From assembly GCA_965247115.1 (NCBI GenBank), contig CBDFGR010000003.1, forward strand, positions 1,472,001 through 1,536,000: 64,000 bases of DNA. Direction: 5' to 3'. Under the pieces are notes generated by a model. That model had not been told where the DNA came from. It saw nothing but the letters and a program-made list of their open reading frames with translations, and ran no database searches. Of the stretch, positions 1-9,036 are shown one piece after another (positions within the stretch are counted from its first letter, which is position 1; every line of letters starts with the position of its first letter). The position numbers and the translations under genes are program-made. This stretch comes from Myxococcota bacterium (GTDB lineage Bacteria > Myxococcota_A > UBA9160 > SZUA-336).

Positions 1-607
1 TGGCGTTTCCCGCCCTCCCGAAGCCGTTGGCCGGGACGTCGATCACGTCTCCATCCCGCAGCGGGTAGTTCGTCTCGTTCAGCCCTTCCTCGATGATGTC
101 ATCGAACCGGATCTTGTACACCCCGATCCCGGGTCGGGCCAGGTGCGCACCGTTGAGGGAAGCGACGAAGGTTCCCCCCTGGGCCTGAAGTAGCCCGTCG
201 AGGACGGTCATATCTCCATCGAGTGGGAAGCTCCCCGGACGCACGACCTCACCGGTGACGTGAAAGAAGCGGCTGTTTGAGTCTGCGAGCTCGACGACGA
301 CCGTTGGGTAAACAACGAACTCCTGAATTTTCTCGCGAATCGCGTCTTGAATCTCCGGGATGGTCTTTCCTCGAACCTGCACGTCTCCGATCATCTCTAT
401 CGTGATCCGACCATCCGGCCGCACCACGACCTGTTCGCGCTCGTCGGGTTCTGGGCGGATGGTGACCCAAAGCACATCCGGTGGGGCGACTCGGTACTCG
501 CTCGACTCGGGGTGGTTCTCCGAGTCCGGAAGCAACTTCGGACCGCTGCAGGCCCCGGAGACCATGGCCATAGCCATGAGAAGCGCGACGCATCCGCGTG
601 TTCTCAT
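1..607 (-). CDS. Polysaccharide export/biosynthesis lipoprotein (Wza-like, Poly_export + SLBB), runs off the window edge
   Basis: Hand translation from ATG 607: lipoprotein-like signal (VSGAC), then EYRVAPPDVLWVTI, VVVRPDGRITIEMIGDVQVRGKT, FHVTGEVVRPGSFPL, NYPLRDGDVIDVP. Not in the ORF track because no stop falls in the window. Confidence 0.85.
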   Translation of the reverse strand, partial: MRTRGCVALLMAMAMVSGACSGPKLLPDSENHPESSEYRVAPPDVLWVTIRPEPDEREQVVVRPDGRITIEMIGDVQVRGKTIPEIQDAIREKIQEFVVYPTVVVELADSNSRFFHVTGEVVRPGSFPLDGDMTVLDGLLQAQGGTFVASLNGAHLARPGIGVYKIRFDDIIEEGLNETNYPLRDGDVIDVPANGFGRAGNA

Positions 608-718
608 CCAGTGAATCTCCAAAGTTGAAGCCAGATGGTACCACTTCGAACTGCGACAAGGACTGGTCCAGCGCGGTATCCGAATCCTAGAGCGATCCTA
701 AATCCTCAGAGAAGTCAG

Positions 719-2077
719 CTAGATAAGGGTCGACAGGGAGCGGGCTTCCAGGTAGAAGCGCTTCTCGTCTGCCTCGCCCAGCGAGAAGGTCTTGGCCGGG
801 AGCGCGCCTTCGCGGACGATCGTCCGGAACAGGTCGGCCTTCTGCAGGGCCGGCAGCAGGAAGCCGACGCGATTCGCCTCCGACGCGAGCGTCCGCACGG
901 CTTCGGCGCCGTGGATGTAGTCGATCCGGACGTCGCTGCGCTCCGATGCGTAGGCAGAGAGGAAGGCCTGTAGCGACGCGACCGGCAGGCTCGCTTTTGA
1001 GCGCGCGAGCGTGACGAGCCCGAAGCTCCCTCGGACGACGGTTCCCAGCGCGTGCAGCTGCGGATCGCGCTCGAGCTCGGCCAGCCTCGACAGCAGCATC
1101 GCTTCGTCTGCAAGCTCCTCCAGCGTGCAGCTCGAGCCCTGCGCGGCGAACCAGTCGGTCAGCGCGGAGAGCACGCCCGGCGGGTCGACCCCGAAGACCA
1201 CGCGGTGGATCGGCTCAAAGATCACGCCCTCGTCGTGGACGTTCACGAGCTCCACCAACGCGTGGCGCGCAGGATGGATGGACGCCGCCTCGTCCGTCAG
1301 CTCCGCCTTGACCTCCTCCCAGAGTGTCTTCGCTGCAGCCAGCGCGTGGTTGCCGTCGCCGGCAGCGAAGAGGAGGACGTCGGCGTCTGCCACCCCGTAG
1401 CGTTGCTGGAAGATCTCCGGACGCACGAGCGCGGCCAGAGCGGAGTGAAGCGCGCCGAGACCCTGCTCCGCCTCCACCGCCCAGCCGCGGACGCGTCCTG
1501 CCCCGAGCATCAGCTCCGCGTCGTAGAGGGGTGGCTCCTCTGCGAGTCGCTGTCCCAGGGGCTCGAGCACGCTCCGCTCAGGATCATCGAAGAGGACGAT
1601 CACATGAGGGAGCTCGAGACTTGCCCCCCTGCGCACCGCGAGCCGGGCCAGGATGCGCTCCGGGACCGTGCTCTCGCTGGCTCGAACCAGCGAGCGGGAA
1701 CCCGGCCGGAAGTCGTAGCTATCGAGATCCAGCGCGACTAGCAGGCCGCGCCGCCGTGGTGCTCGGGCCGTGCTCCGTTCGACGTAGACGAAGTTCCGGA
1801 CAGGAGCCCCGAACACACCCCTCTCCAGATACTCCCACATACGTTGCTGAATCCCCGCAGTGCGGTCTTCTGGGGCACCTTCGGCCAGATAGACCTCCGG
1901 GAGGACCAGGTGCAGCGTGGAGGGACTCTGGCCAACCTCCGCTTCGACCTGGCGCCAGTAGTCCGGTTCCGAGGTGTGCTGATCGCAGGCGATGACCGCC
2001 CAGCGGGACAGGTCCACATCGGGAGCAGGAAGCAGCACTTCCGGGACCTGGATGGCCAGGCGGCTGAAGTCGGGCAT
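719..2077 (-). CDS. DUF1015 family protein
   Basis: Motifs WAVIACDQHTS, LHLVLPEVYL, GDGNHALAAAK and KTFSLGEADEKRFYLE. Start placed at ATG 2077 (MPDFSRL). Confidence 0.85.
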   Translation of the reverse strand: MPDFSRLAIQVPEVLLPAPDVDLSRWAVIACDQHTSEPDYWRQVEAEVGQSPSTLHLVLPEVYLAEGAPEDRTAGIQQRMWEYLERGVFGAPVRNFVYVERSTARAPRRRGLLVALDLDSYDFRPGSRSLVRASESTVPERILARLAVRRGASLELPHVIVLFDDPERSVLEPLGQRLAEEPPLYDAELMLGAGRVRGWAVEAEQGLGALHSALAALVRPEIFQQRYGVADADVLLFAAGDGNHALAAAKTLWEEVKAELTDEAASIHPARHALVELVNVHDEGVIFEPIHRVVFGVDPPGVLSALTDWFAAQGSSCTLEELADEAMLLSRLAELERDPQLHALGTVVRGSFGLVTLARSKASLPVASLQAFLSAYASERSDVRIDYIHGAEAVRTLASEANRVGFLLPALQKADLFRTIVREGALPAKTFSLGEADEKRFYLEARSLSTLI

Positions 2078-2156
2078 GGGCGGGCGAGCATAAGCGATCT
2101 CCGTGGCGGGCGCGTTTCCTGTGAGATTTGAAACCGAGCTGCCGATGGGATATATC

Positions 2157-2209
2157 TGGTCTGACCACAATGGTCTGACCACGGTGGTCCGTCCAACATG
2201 GTCTGACCA
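2157..2209. promoter_or_regulatory. Four tandem FadR/GntR-type operator palindromes (TGGTCTGACCA x3, TGGTCCGTCCA x1)
   Basis: Copies start at 2157, 2171, 2185 and 2199. They match the TGGTCNGACCA FadR-subfamily consensus and lie just upstream of a FadR-type gene. Confidence 0.85.
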
Positions 2210-2234
2210 GGACCCCAGTCATCGGAAAGACAGC

Positions 2235-2990
2235 GTGTCACAGCCCCAATCGCTCAGAGACGAGGTTGCCACTCAGCTCCGCAACGAGATCCTGCGCGGC
2301 CAGTACCGCGCGGGTGAGCGGCTTCCCTCGGAGCGGGACCTGGCCGAGCGCTTCGGCTGCAACCGGGGCTGTATCCGCGAGGCGCTCAAAACCCTGGAGC
2401 AGCTCGGCCTGGCCGACATCCGTCAGGGCGGCGCGCGCGTCATGCCACTGCAGGACGCGAGCCTGGACATCGTGGGACCGCTGCTCGAGCTGGAAGAGCT
2501 GCCGGACCCGGAGCTGGTCCGGCAGATCCTCGAAGTCGTGGAGTCGCTCATGGCCACGGCCATGCGGAGCGCGATCCAGCACGGGAGCGAGCTGCACCTC
2601 GAGCGCGTCCGGCACCTGCTGCAGGAGAACAAACAGATTCCGGGCGAGACCGACGACCAGGAAACCGTTCACGAGCTGGTCGAGCTGCTGGTCGAGGCCA
2701 GCGGCAATCTGGTGCTGCGACTCATCTTCCGCGGGCTCCGCTTCCAGTTCATGGGGCGGCTCGAAGCTGCCGGACTGCACCCGCCCCTGAGCCGCGATCT
2801 GTTTGCGCCTGCAGCGGACCAGCTGCTTCAGGCCGTCGAGCGGCGCGACGCCGATGCCGCGGCGCGGACCATGCGCGACCTCATGAGGGTACGCCGCGAG
2901 CACATCCTGAAGGGCCTCGAGGAGGGCCTGGCGCGCACGAACGGCAATGGCAACGGTGCGGGCAGCAACGGGCCAGGAGGGCTGCGCTGA
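2235..2990 (+). CDS. GntR/FadR family transcriptional regulator
   Basis: GntR wHTH (ILRGQYRAGERLPSERDLAERFGCNRGCIREALKTL) plus FCD-like helical C-terminus. GTG start at 2235. Confidence 0.9.
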   Translation: MSQPQSLRDEVATQLRNEILRGQYRAGERLPSERDLAERFGCNRGCIREALKTLEQLGLADIRQGGARVMPLQDASLDIVGPLLELEELPDPELVRQILEVVESLMATAMRSAIQHGSELHLERVRHLLQENKQIPGETDDQETVHELVELLVEASGNLVLRLIFRGLRFQFMGRLEAAGLHPPLSRDLFAPAADQLLQAVERRDADAAARTMRDLMRVRREHILKGLEEGLARTNGNGNGAGSNGPGGLR

Positions 2991-4153
2991 TGCGACTGAA
3001 GGTCATCCTTCCCGCTGCCGCAATCGCTGTCTCCCTCCTGGGAGCGGCCGTTCTCATCGCTACCAGCTCACCTGTCGAGGGACGCCCCTCGGAGCGCCAG
3101 ATCCGACCCGTTCGCGTGCTCGAAGCCCACCCCGGGACCGTGCAGCTGCGCGTCCTGTCACAGGGCACCGTCGCACCTCGGACCGAGAGCGCCCTGATCC
3201 CCGAGGTCTCCGGTCCGGTCGTCTGGGTGTCGCCGGCGCTCGTCTCGGGGGGCTACTTCGAAGCCGGCCAGGTCCTGCTCCGCATCGATCCCCTCGACCA
3301 CGAGGCCGCCCTCGAGCGCGCCCGCGCGAGCGTAGCCCGCGCGGAGGGCGAGTACGAGCATGCCCGGCAGGTGCTCGAACGCCAGCGCGGGCTCGCGTCG
3401 CGCAACGTCGTGAGCGCCGCTGCCCTCGACGAGGCGGAGCGCTCAGGGAGAGTGACCGAGGCCGCGCTGCGCGAGGCTCGCGTGGCGCGCGGCCAGGCGG
3501 AGCGCGACCTTGCGCGCACCGAGATCAAGGCTCCGTTCACCGGACGCGTCCGGGACGAACGCGTGGACGTCGGACAGTTCCTGAGTCGCGGGAACGCGTT
3601 CGGCACCATCTATGCGACGGACTACGTCGAGATCCGCCTGCCCGTTCCCGATCACCAGCTCGCGTACCTGGACGTGCCGCTCTGGGATCGCGGAGACCTC
3701 GAGGGCGACCTACCGGAGGTGACACTGAGCGCTCGCTTTGCAGGAGCAGAGCACGCCTGGCAGGGACACATCGTCCGCACCGAGGGCGAGATCGATCCCA
3801 AGAGCCGAATGGTGCACGTGGTCGCCCGCGTCGAGGACCCCTACGCGATCTCCGCCGACGGCTCACGCCCTCCGCTGGCAGTCGGCCTCTTCGTGAATGC
3901 GGAGATCGCTGGCCGCTCCGCCGAGCAGGTCACGCTGGTGCCTCGCTCGGCCATGCGTGAGGGCAGTCGGGTCCTGGTCGTCGACCAGGAGAACCGGCTC
4001 CGCTACCGCGACGTCGAGGTCCTGCGCATCGATCGCGACGACGTGCTGATCCGGGCGGGCCTCGATGCGGGCGAGCGCGTCTGCATCTCCCAGCTGCAAA
4101 CCGTCGTGGAGGGCATGGAGGTGCGACCCATCCTCGAGACTCCAGAACGGTAG
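2990..4153 (+). CDS. RND efflux periplasmic adaptor (membrane fusion protein)
   Basis: N-terminal anchor, PEVSGPV, coiled-coil hairpin, RTEIKAPFTGRV, LVPRSAM. Overlaps the regulator stop codon. Confidence 0.92.
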   Translation: MRLKVILPAAAIAVSLLGAAVLIATSSPVEGRPSERQIRPVRVLEAHPGTVQLRVLSQGTVAPRTESALIPEVSGPVVWVSPALVSGGYFEAGQVLLRIDPLDHEAALERARASVARAEGEYEHARQVLERQRGLASRNVVSAAALDEAERSGRVTEAALREARVARGQAERDLARTEIKAPFTGRVRDERVDVGQFLSRGNAFGTIYATDYVEIRLPVPDHQLAYLDVPLWDRGDLEGDLPEVTLSARFAGAEHAWQGHIVRTEGEIDPKSRMVHVVARVEDPYAISADGSRPPLAVGLFVNAEIAGRSAEQVTLVPRSAMREGSRVLVVDQENRLRYRDVEVLRIDRDDVLIRAGLDAGERVCISQLQTVVEGMEVRPILETPER

Positions 4154-4163
4154 GACCGGGCTC

Positions 4164-7100
4164 GTGAGCCGGATCATCGCCTGGTTCGTCGACAACTCCG
4201 TTGCAGCGAACCTACTCATGTGCGTGCTCGTGGTCGGCGGGCTGCTCGCCCTGCCGGCGATCCACCTGGAAGAGTTCCCGAGCGTCGATCTCAAGGTGAT
4301 CCAGGTGACCGTCGAGTACCTTGGCGCGGCTCCGGAAGAGGTCTCCGAGGGCGTCTGCGTCCGGATCGAGGAGGCGATCGAGGGAGCCGAGGGCATCGAT
4401 ACGATCCGCTCGACCGCTGTCGAGGGCGTCTGCGCGGTCATCATCGAGCTGCTCGAGAGCGCGGATTCGAGCGACGCCCTGGACGAGATCAAGAACCGGA
4501 TCGACGGGATCTCCACCTTCCCCGAAGAGACCGAGACCCCCGTCGTCTCCCGCCTTCTCATGAGAATGCTCACGCTCCAGATCGCCGTCTCGGGGAACGC
4601 CGACGAGCGCACGCTCAAGCACCTGGGACAGCAGGTGCGCGACGACATCGCCGCGCTGGATGGCGTGTCCCAGGTATCGCTCTCCTTCGTGCGCCCGTAC
4701 GAGATCTCGATCGAGGTCTCCGAGGACATGCTGCGCCGCCACGGCCTGACGCTCGACCAGGTCGCGGCCGCCGTGGGCCGCTCGTCGCTCGATCTGCCGG
4801 GAGGCTCGCTCAAGACACGCGGCGGAGAAATCCTGCTGCGCGCAAAGGGGCAGGCCTACCGCGGCGGCGAGTTCGAGGAGGTCGTGGTGCTGACGCGTCC
4901 CGACGGTACGAACGTCACGCTGGGCGAGATTGCAGAGGTCGTGGACGGCTTTCGCGACGACGACCTGAAGGCGTATCTGGACGGCAAGCCGGCGGTGCTG
5001 ATCCGGGTGGAGCGAGTCGGCGACGAGGACATGCTCGAGATCGCCGCCGCGGTCAAGGCCTACCTGGAGCAGGCGCGCACGCGCATGCCCGAGGGAATCG
5101 AGCTCACGATCTGGTCGGACAGGGCGGCGGACCTGGAGGCGCGGGTGGCCGCCCTGACCGGAAACGCGCGCAACGGCCTGATCCTGGTGCTGCTGATCCT
5201 GGCGCTCTTCCTGCGCTTCCGCCTGGCCGTCTGGGTCGCTGCGGGGGTGCCCATCGCGTTCCTCGGAGCGCTGATGGCCTTCCCCGCCCTCGGACTCTCG
5301 ATCAGCACGCTGTCGATCATGGCCCTGATCCTGGTGCTGGGAATCGTGGTCGACGATGCCATCGTGGTCGGCGAGAACGTGTACACGCACGAGAGCAAGC
5401 ACGAGGACCAGCGTCGCGCAGCCATCACCGGGACCCAGGAGGTCTACGTCCCGGTGATCTTCGGCGTGCTGACGACGGTCGCAGCCTTCTTCCCGCTACT
5501 GATCGTCCCCGGGCGCATGGGCAAGATGTTCGTCGTCATCGGCGCGACGGTCATCGTCTGCCTGCTCTTCTCCCTGATCGAGTCCCAGCTGATCCTGCCC
5601 GCACATCTGGCGCATCGGCGCACGCGCAGCAAGAGAGGGAGCTCGAACACCGTGGTGCGTGGCTGGTCGAGCTTCCAGGAGGGCATGGCAACGCGCCTGG
5701 AGCACTTTGCCCGCGACATCTACCGGCCCTTCCTGGAGCGAGCGCTCGAGTGGCGCTACCTGACCGTTGCCATCGGCATCGGCGTGCTGATCCTGACCGC
5801 GTCGCTGTTCACGAGCGGGCGCATGGCGTTCCAGTTCTTCCCGCCTGTCGAGGGCAACCGCGTCTCCGCGAGCCTGACCATGCCGCGCGGCACCCCACTC
5901 GAGATGACCGCGCGGGCTGTCGACAAGCTCGAAAGTGCCGCGGAGACCCTTCGCGCCCAGATCGACAGTACCCGCCCAGAGGGCGAGCCGAGCATCTTCC
6001 AACACGTGCTGACGGGCATCGGGGGCAAGCTCGTAGTCGACATGGGGCCCGACCGGCCTGGCTTTGCCTCCAGCGGGGCCTACGAGGCCGAGGTCATGCT
6101 CGAGCTGATCCCGGCAGCGGAGCGAGCCGTCGGCTCGAACGAGATCGTCCGACGCTGGAGGGAGCTGGCCGGGATCATTCCCGACACAGTCGAGCTCACG
6201 TTCCTGGCCAGCGAGTTCCACGCGGGCGAGGCCATCAACGTGCAGCTGCGCGGCCGGGACCTCGACGAGCTCAGACTGGCGGCCGCTCAGCTGCGGACCG
6301 AGCTCGCCGGCTTCCCCGGTGTCAGGGACATCGCGGACTCGTTCCGCGCGGGCAAGCAGGAGGTCAAGCTCGAAATCCTGCCCACCGCGAAGCACCTCGG
6401 CCTGACTCAGGACGATCTCGCGCGCCAGGTTCGGCAGGCCTTCTACGGCCATCAGGTGCAGCGCATCCAGCGGGGTCGCGACGACGTCCGCGTGATGGTG
6501 CGCTACCCCCAGTCAGAGCGAGCGTCGCTCGGGGACCTGGAGGACATGCGCATCCGCACGGCCGACGGGACGGAGGTCCCGTTCGCGAGCGTGGCGCGCG
6601 TGGAGCTCGGACGCGGCTACGCGACGATCCAGCGCACGGACCGCGAGCAGGTCGTCAACGTCACGGCCGACGTCGATCGCGCCGTGTCGAGGCCCGAACA
6701 GGTCATGGGAGCCCTGGAGCGCGTCGGGCTCCCCCGCGTCCTCTCCGCGCACCCGGGAGTGAGCTTCAATCTGGAGGGCGAGCAGGAGGAGCGCACGAAG
6801 GCGATGGGCGGCCTAGTCCGGGGCTTCGGGCTGGCGCTTCTCGTCATCTACGCGCTGCTCGCGGTTCCGCTCCGCAGCTACCTGCAGCCGCTCATCATCA
6901 TGTCCGTGATCCCGTTCGGCGCGGTCGGCGCGATCGTCGGCCACCTCATCATGGGCATGAACCTCGTCTTCTTCTCCATTCTCGGCATCGTCGCCCTGTC
7001 CGGCGTCGTCGTGAACGCGAGTCTCGTCCTGGTCCACTACGTGAACCGCACGCGCAGCGAGGGCCTCCCCAGCCACGAAGCCGCGGCCATCGCGGGCCTG

Positions 7101-7358
7101 GCGCGCTTCCGCCCGATCGTCCTCACCTCCGTCACTACCTTCATGGGCCTGGTCCCGCTCATGTTCCTCGGCGGCACCGCCGCCTTCTTCATGATCCCCA
7201 TGGCCATCTCCCTCGCCTTCGGCGTCCTCTTCGCCACCGTCATCACCCTGATCCTCGTCCCCTGCGCCTACCTCATCCTGGAAGACGTGGCCGAACTCAG
7301 CAGCGGCGGACCCGCGGCCGCCGAGGCAGTCTTCACGGGCAGCGGCGGGGCCTCGTAG
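4164..7358 (+). CDS. RND efflux transporter permease subunit (AcrB family)
   Basis: About 1064 aa with NSVAANLLM, LGIVVDDAIVVGEN and RFRPIVLTSVTT. GTG start at 4164. Confidence 0.95.
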   Translation: MSRIIAWFVDNSVAANLLMCVLVVGGLLALPAIHLEEFPSVDLKVIQVTVEYLGAAPEEVSEGVCVRIEEAIEGAEGIDTIRSTAVEGVCAVIIELLESADSSDALDEIKNRIDGISTFPEETETPVVSRLLMRMLTLQIAVSGNADERTLKHLGQQVRDDIAALDGVSQVSLSFVRPYEISIEVSEDMLRRHGLTLDQVAAAVGRSSLDLPGGSLKTRGGEILLRAKGQAYRGGEFEEVVVLTRPDGTNVTLGEIAEVVDGFRDDDLKAYLDGKPAVLIRVERVGDEDMLEIAAAVKAYLEQARTRMPEGIELTIWSDRAADLEARVAALTGNARNGLILVLLILALFLRFRLAVWVAAGVPIAFLGALMAFPALGLSISTLSIMALILVLGIVVDDAIVVGENVYTHESKHEDQRRAAITGTQEVYVPVIFGVLTTVAAFFPLLIVPGRMGKMFVVIGATVIVCLLFSLIESQLILPAHLAHRRTRSKRGSSNTVVRGWSSFQEGMATRLEHFARDIYRPFLERALEWRYLTVAIGIGVLILTASLFTSGRMAFQFFPPVEGNRVSASLTMPRGTPLEMTARAVDKLESAAETLRAQIDSTRPEGEPSIFQHVLTGIGGKLVVDMGPDRPGFASSGAYEAEVMLELIPAAERAVGSNEIVRRWRELAGIIPDTVELTFLASEFHAGEAINVQLRGRDLDELRLAAAQLRTELAGFPGVRDIADSFRAGKQEVKLEILPTAKHLGLTQDDLARQVRQAFYGHQVQRIQRGRDDVRVMVRYPQSERASLGDLEDMRIRTADGTEVPFASVARVELGRGYATIQRTDREQVVNVTADVDRAVSRPEQVMGALERVGLPRVLSAHPGVSFNLEGEQEERTKAMGGLVRGFGLALLVIYALLAVPLRSYLQPLIIMSVIPFGAVGAIVGHLIMGMNLVFFSILGIVALSGVVVNASLVLVHYVNRTRSEGLPSHEAAAIAGLARFRPIVLTSVTTFMGLVPLMFLGGTAAFFMIPMAISLAFGVLFATVITLILVPCAYLILEDVAELSSGGPAAAEAVFTGSGGAS

Positions 7359-7374
7359 AGAGAAAGCGACAGTA

Positions 7375-7396
7375 CGACTCTCCCCGGGGAGAGTCG
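7375..7396. repeat. Perfect 22-bp palindrome, copy 1 (CGACTCTCCCCGGGGAGAGTCG)
   Basis: Read directly. Shares an 18-bp core with 9011-9032. Confidence 0.9.
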
Positions 7397-7515
7397 CACC
7401 TGGTGCGATCGCGCATCGGGAGCACTTGGCGACCGCGCTAGAGCTCCGCCAGGCTTCTTGCGCCTCGGCGTAGCTAAAGGTTACAACTGATACCTCCGAT
7501 GGTAACATTTGATTC

Positions 7516-7710
7516 GTGGGGAAGATACGGCGCGGGAACCTCATCTTCCTCACCTGGAAAGGCGACCATAGTCCCCGCCATGTTCATGTGTACAGGGAGG
7601 GAAAGCTCATCCTCAAGTGGGATCTCGAGAGCGATCGCGCCATGAAGGGCACATCCACACGAAGGATCCTAGCGATCATTCGAGAGCTTCAAGAAGAAGG
7701 CTTGCTATGA
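7516..7710 (+). CDS. DUF4160-type small protein, putative toxin
   Basis: 64 aa with DHSPRHVHV motif. ATGA-coupled to the downstream HTH gene. Confidence 0.75.
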   Translation: MGKIRRGNLIFLTWKGDHSPRHVHVYREGKLILKWDLESDRAMKGTSTRRILAIIRELQEEGLL

Positions 7711-8192
7711 AGATTCGCAGAGCAACTCACAACAACCGCAAGAAGGCCTTCGAGGTCACGACCTATTCCGGCAAGACCTACTGCTTTCCCTATGCCAAGC
7801 TCCACGTCAAGCCATCTCCAACGAACAGGATCCAGCAAGTCTACGTCGACAAGGAGCTTGGAAACGAGGCGTTCACCTACGTCCTGGAATCTGGCGAGGA
7901 AGGCACGGTCCACATCGACCACGTTCTCGAGTACAACGAGGATCCCGCGTTGTTGCGGGATCTTCTCGTGTACAAGCTCACGGTCGAAGCCCAGGAGCGG
8001 ATAGAACGAAGCGCGCTCAGCACACGAGAGATCTGCCGGAAGCTCGGAACTTCCGCTGCGCAGCTCTATCGCCTGCTGGACCAGACAAATATGAGGAAAT
8101 CCATCAATCAGCTCGTCTCGCTGCTCCACATCCTCGATTGCGACGTCGATCTCGTAGTCAAGGAGCGGCCTTCCGAGGGCGCGCAGCCCTAG
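7707..8192 (+). CDS. Putative antitoxin: DUF2442-like N-terminus + C-terminal Xre-type HTH
   Basis: ATG 7707 overlaps the upstream stop. C-terminal LSTREICRKLGTSAAQLYRLLD HTH. Confidence 0.7.
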   Translation: MKIRRATHNNRKKAFEVTTYSGKTYCFPYAKLHVKPSPTNRIQQVYVDKELGNEAFTYVLESGEEGTVHIDHVLEYNEDPALLRDLLVYKLTVEAQERIERSALSTREICRKLGTSAAQLYRLLDQTNMRKSINQLVSLLHILDCDVDLVVKERPSEGAQP

Positions 8193-8210
8193 ATCTATAC
8201 TTCGCCGGAC

Positions 8211-8482
8211 TGGACCATCGGCGTGGACCTGGGGATCAGTACAGCGAGGTGTGTGTGCTGGACGCTGTCGGGGAGATCGAGAAGCGGCAGCGTATAGCGA
8301 CGACGAGTCAAGCGGCACAACGTGTCTTCGGCCCGTTGCCTAAGGCTCGGGTGGTCCTGGAAGCAGGGACCCACTCGCCCTGGCTGAGCCGATTGCTCCA
8401 GACGCTGGGGCACGAGGTCGTCGTCGCGACCCCGCGGCAGGTGCCGATCATCGGCGCAAGCATTACGAAGGACGACAAACGA
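8211..8482 (+). pseudogene. IS110-family transposase N-terminal (DEDD) fragment, frameshifted and truncated
   Basis: WTIGVDLG, then a frameshift in a G-run, then DQYSEVCVLD...VVLEAGTHSPWLSRLL...GHEVVVATPR...KDDKR, after which similarity ends. Confidence 0.8.
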
Positions 8483-8547
8483 GCCGTGTGCTGCACCAGC
8501 GCGTCGAGCTCAGCTTCCGCTGCCTCGCTTAGAACGTACCGCGCCAC
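8479..8547 (-). pseudogene. ParE/RelE-type toxin, N-terminal remnant
   Basis: MARYVLSEAAEAELDAL is a typical ParE N-terminus. It sits directly downstream of a ParD-like gene and then runs into the IS110 fragment. Confidence 0.65.
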
Positions 8548-8923
8548 TCCCTTCCTGAGTGACGCGCCCAGCGCGGTCGTGGCGCTCCTGCAGCCGGCCG
8601 CGGATGCGCTCCATCGCGTGCTGCCCGTCTACCAGTTCACCGCGCTGGATGGCTTCGTATGTCGCGTCAAGACGCTCGCTCATCCTGGCCGCGAAGGCGT
8701 CGCGCTCTGCAGCCCACGCTACCTCGGAGACGCCCTCGGGCGGCCCCAGGTCAACTCCGTCGAGTAGCAGTGAACGGAGTCTCCCTTCGATCTCCTCGCG
8801 CCCCTCTCGCTGGATCTTCTCGCGCATCGCCTCACGCACCAGCTCTGCGACGGAACCGTACATGCCGCTCTGGAGCTTGCGCTGGATGTAGCTCTCGATC
8901 TCATCGGTGAAGTTGATGTTCAC
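8510..8923 (-). CDS. ParD-like ribbon-helix-helix antitoxin
   Basis: MNINFTDEIESYIQRKLQSGMYGSVAELVREAMR is a ParD/RHH N-terminus. Confidence 0.8.
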   Translation of the reverse strand: MNINFTDEIESYIQRKLQSGMYGSVAELVREAMREKIQREGREEIEGRLRSLLLDGVDLGPPEGVSEVAWAAERDAFAARMSERLDATYEAIQRGELVDGQHAMERIRGRLQERHDRAGRVTQEGSGAVRSKRGSGS

Positions 8924-8942
8924 GCGTGGAACTTAGTCGTCC

Positions 8943-8977
8943 TGTCCAAGATTGTCCAGATAGGACACATCAGGACA
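8943..8977. promoter_or_regulatory. Putative RHH operator: TGTCC-N5-TGTCC-N5-GGACA-N5-GGACA
   Basis: Pentamers at 8943, 8953, 8963 and 8973 (10-bp period, inverted arrangement), 20 bp upstream of the parD-like start. Confidence 0.55.
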
Positions 8978-9010
8978 TATCAGAAGTCCCAGGGCTTCGT
9001 AGCGAGAGGC

Positions 9011-9032
9011 GCACTCTCCCCGGGGAGAGTGC
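9011..9032. repeat. Perfect 22-bp palindrome, copy 2 (GCACTCTCCCCGGGGAGAGTGC)
   Basis: Read directly. Shares an 18-bp core with 7375-7396. Confidence 0.9.
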
Positions 9033-9036
9033 ACCC

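Noticed and set aside
2157..2209. Possible CRISPR or iteron array
   Set aside because: 11-bp palindromes with 3-bp spacers are better explained as FadR-type operators.
8138..8767. 209-aa ORF as a functional IS110 recombinase with bridge RNA
   Set aside because: It is a chimera of a frameshifted IS110 stub and antisense parD/parE, with no C-terminal Tnp domain or non-coding end.
7375..9032. Integron cassette array (attC sites)
   Set aside because: The palindromes lack RYYYAAC/GTTRRRY boxes and extrahelical bases, and no intI is present.
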